A stretch of 64,000 bases of DNA, from NCBI GenBank assembly GCA_963924565.1, contig OZ004613.1:9114001-9178000 (forward strand). The letters are read 5' to 3'. Positions 62,619-64,000 of this stretch are shown here, in pieces. The translations under genes were made by a program, and so were the position numbers. The notes under the pieces were generated by a model that searched no databases, had not been told where the DNA came from, and worked only from the letters and a program-made list of their open reading frames with translations. This DNA is from Ascidiella aspersa. Taxonomy: Eukaryota. How positions within the stretch are numbered: the first letter of the stretch is position 1; every line of letters begins with the position of its first letter.

Positions 62619-63896
62619 AAATATTACATTCTATGGCCTTTTGTACCAAGATCGACGCTCACTTTTCAATACAACGTTGTCACTAACAATTGAACCTTGA
62701 TACTTGACACACAGGGCCGAAATGCCCTCAGTAAACTGGACCAAATGTATTGGAGTAGTAGCATGTAAAATTGTACATAATCAAAATTGGCAAGAAAAAT
62801 TATTCCATGCTGCCTCTGTATATTTGCTCGCCTCTGTATATTTGCTCGCCTTCCGTTGCACCTAGTTAACCAGTTTGCAGGGACCCGTGACGCAATAGAT
62901 AAAACGTCTTTCGTTGCTGTGGATGCCTTAACGGCGTTTCGAGGATACCCGGTGTTTTTCAAATTTGCACTAAATATTACTAGTTCTACTGATGTACCAG
63001 AAGCATAAACCGGTTTGGTTGAGTTCGTTAGTTCGAACCTCCAACCTCACCAAATACGAGAAATGTATAGCTTTGTTTGCACAATCAGTTAAGTCATTGT
63101 TCTCTAAGTCTAAGTGATGTGGTATGTCCATTAAGTGATAAACCTCCCAAGTTTAGTAGGATAATATTACGTTAGGCCCTCGTATCAACGGGTAGCGTTA
63201 AAAACGTGATGTCGGCCAATATTTATTCTCAAGTGGAAAGATCTGTGCACCGCATATAGATCCACTGAAGTACTATTAAAAAGGGAACAAGCGTTCGTTA
63301 ATACGTCGCATTTTTGTGGGAGCACACTTTGTACAACATGTGCAAGCTCCCTCCCGTGTGCGGTTACACCTCAATACAAAATTACGCGATACTTGATTCA
63401 GTAAGTTTTTAATGTTTAATCTTTGTGTTGGTGAGGAAATACATTGACGAAACAAATACAACTCACAGCTAAAGTTTGCCCGCATACGTTTCGCCATGCT
63501 TAACCTGCATGGTATTGATATATTTATTGCTGTCACTAGATAAAGCATAGATTGCAATGCGATAAATATGCTGTTACTAACAGGCATCTCAAAAAATAAT
63601 AACAAAATATAAAAATCGTTCTTCCGATGCTTATGTGTTTTGTCCGACGTTTGGGCTACCTATCCAGACGGGTGAAACAAATTAGTATAAGAAAAACTTA
63701 TTTTTACTTGTAATGCGATGTGCTTCAGTAAACGAAGGAAGGGGGCCAAAATATCAGGTTTCGACAGTGCATAGTGCCGACACACGTTTGGGCGTGGAAA
63801 TTTCATCTGTTCAGTCGAGTAACGATTGACAGGCTGCGCGTGCCACAGAAAGACTGGGAAACGAATCTCCCTGGGAAGGAAACTTAAGGATTAACT

Positions 63897-64000
63897 CAGT
63901 GGTTTTCAACCGGGATGCCGCGGTGCCCTGGGATGCCATTTCCAATGCTCAAGGGTGCCTTGAGATATTTGAGAATCTCTGGGAATCTGGCTGTTTTATC
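63897..64000 (+). mobile_element. MITE left end running off the window
   Basis: CAGTGGTTTTCAACCGGG.TGCCGCGG..CCCTGGG.TGCC pattern; a related right end is seen at about 42175-42240. Confidence 0.65.

Overview
AT-rich, intron-containing animal genomic DNA; an invertebrate, possibly an ascidian, but that is inference only. Most of the supplied ORFs are spurious. Left part (0.5-23.2 kb, minus strand): 14 phase-compatible coding exons (about 1574 nt) of an inhibitor-of-apoptosis (IAP/BIRC) gene. They encode the C-terminal half of an atypical BIR1, a Ser/Thr/Gln-rich linker, canonical BIR2 and BIR3, a Pro-rich linker, a UBA domain and an acidic linker. I found neither the RING exon(s) nor the first half of BIR1 in the window. 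The introns hold a decayed Ty3/Gypsy LTR retrotransposon, a hAT remnant, several MITEs and a 2.8 kb array of a 32-bp satellite that appears to have grown out of a DNA-transposon end; an unexpanded copy of that end sits in another intron of the same gene. Right part (30-62 kb): no recognisable protein-coding gene, but layered local duplications. The most notable is a tandem array (44-62 kb) of diverged paralogous non-coding modules, each with a CpG-rich promoter-like block ending in a conserved splice donor (AAATTAAG|GTAA) and followed by collinear conserved blocks including an AATAAA. A recent 6.4 kb mosaic duplication with microhomology junctions overlies it. All exon, motif and alignment calls were made by eye.
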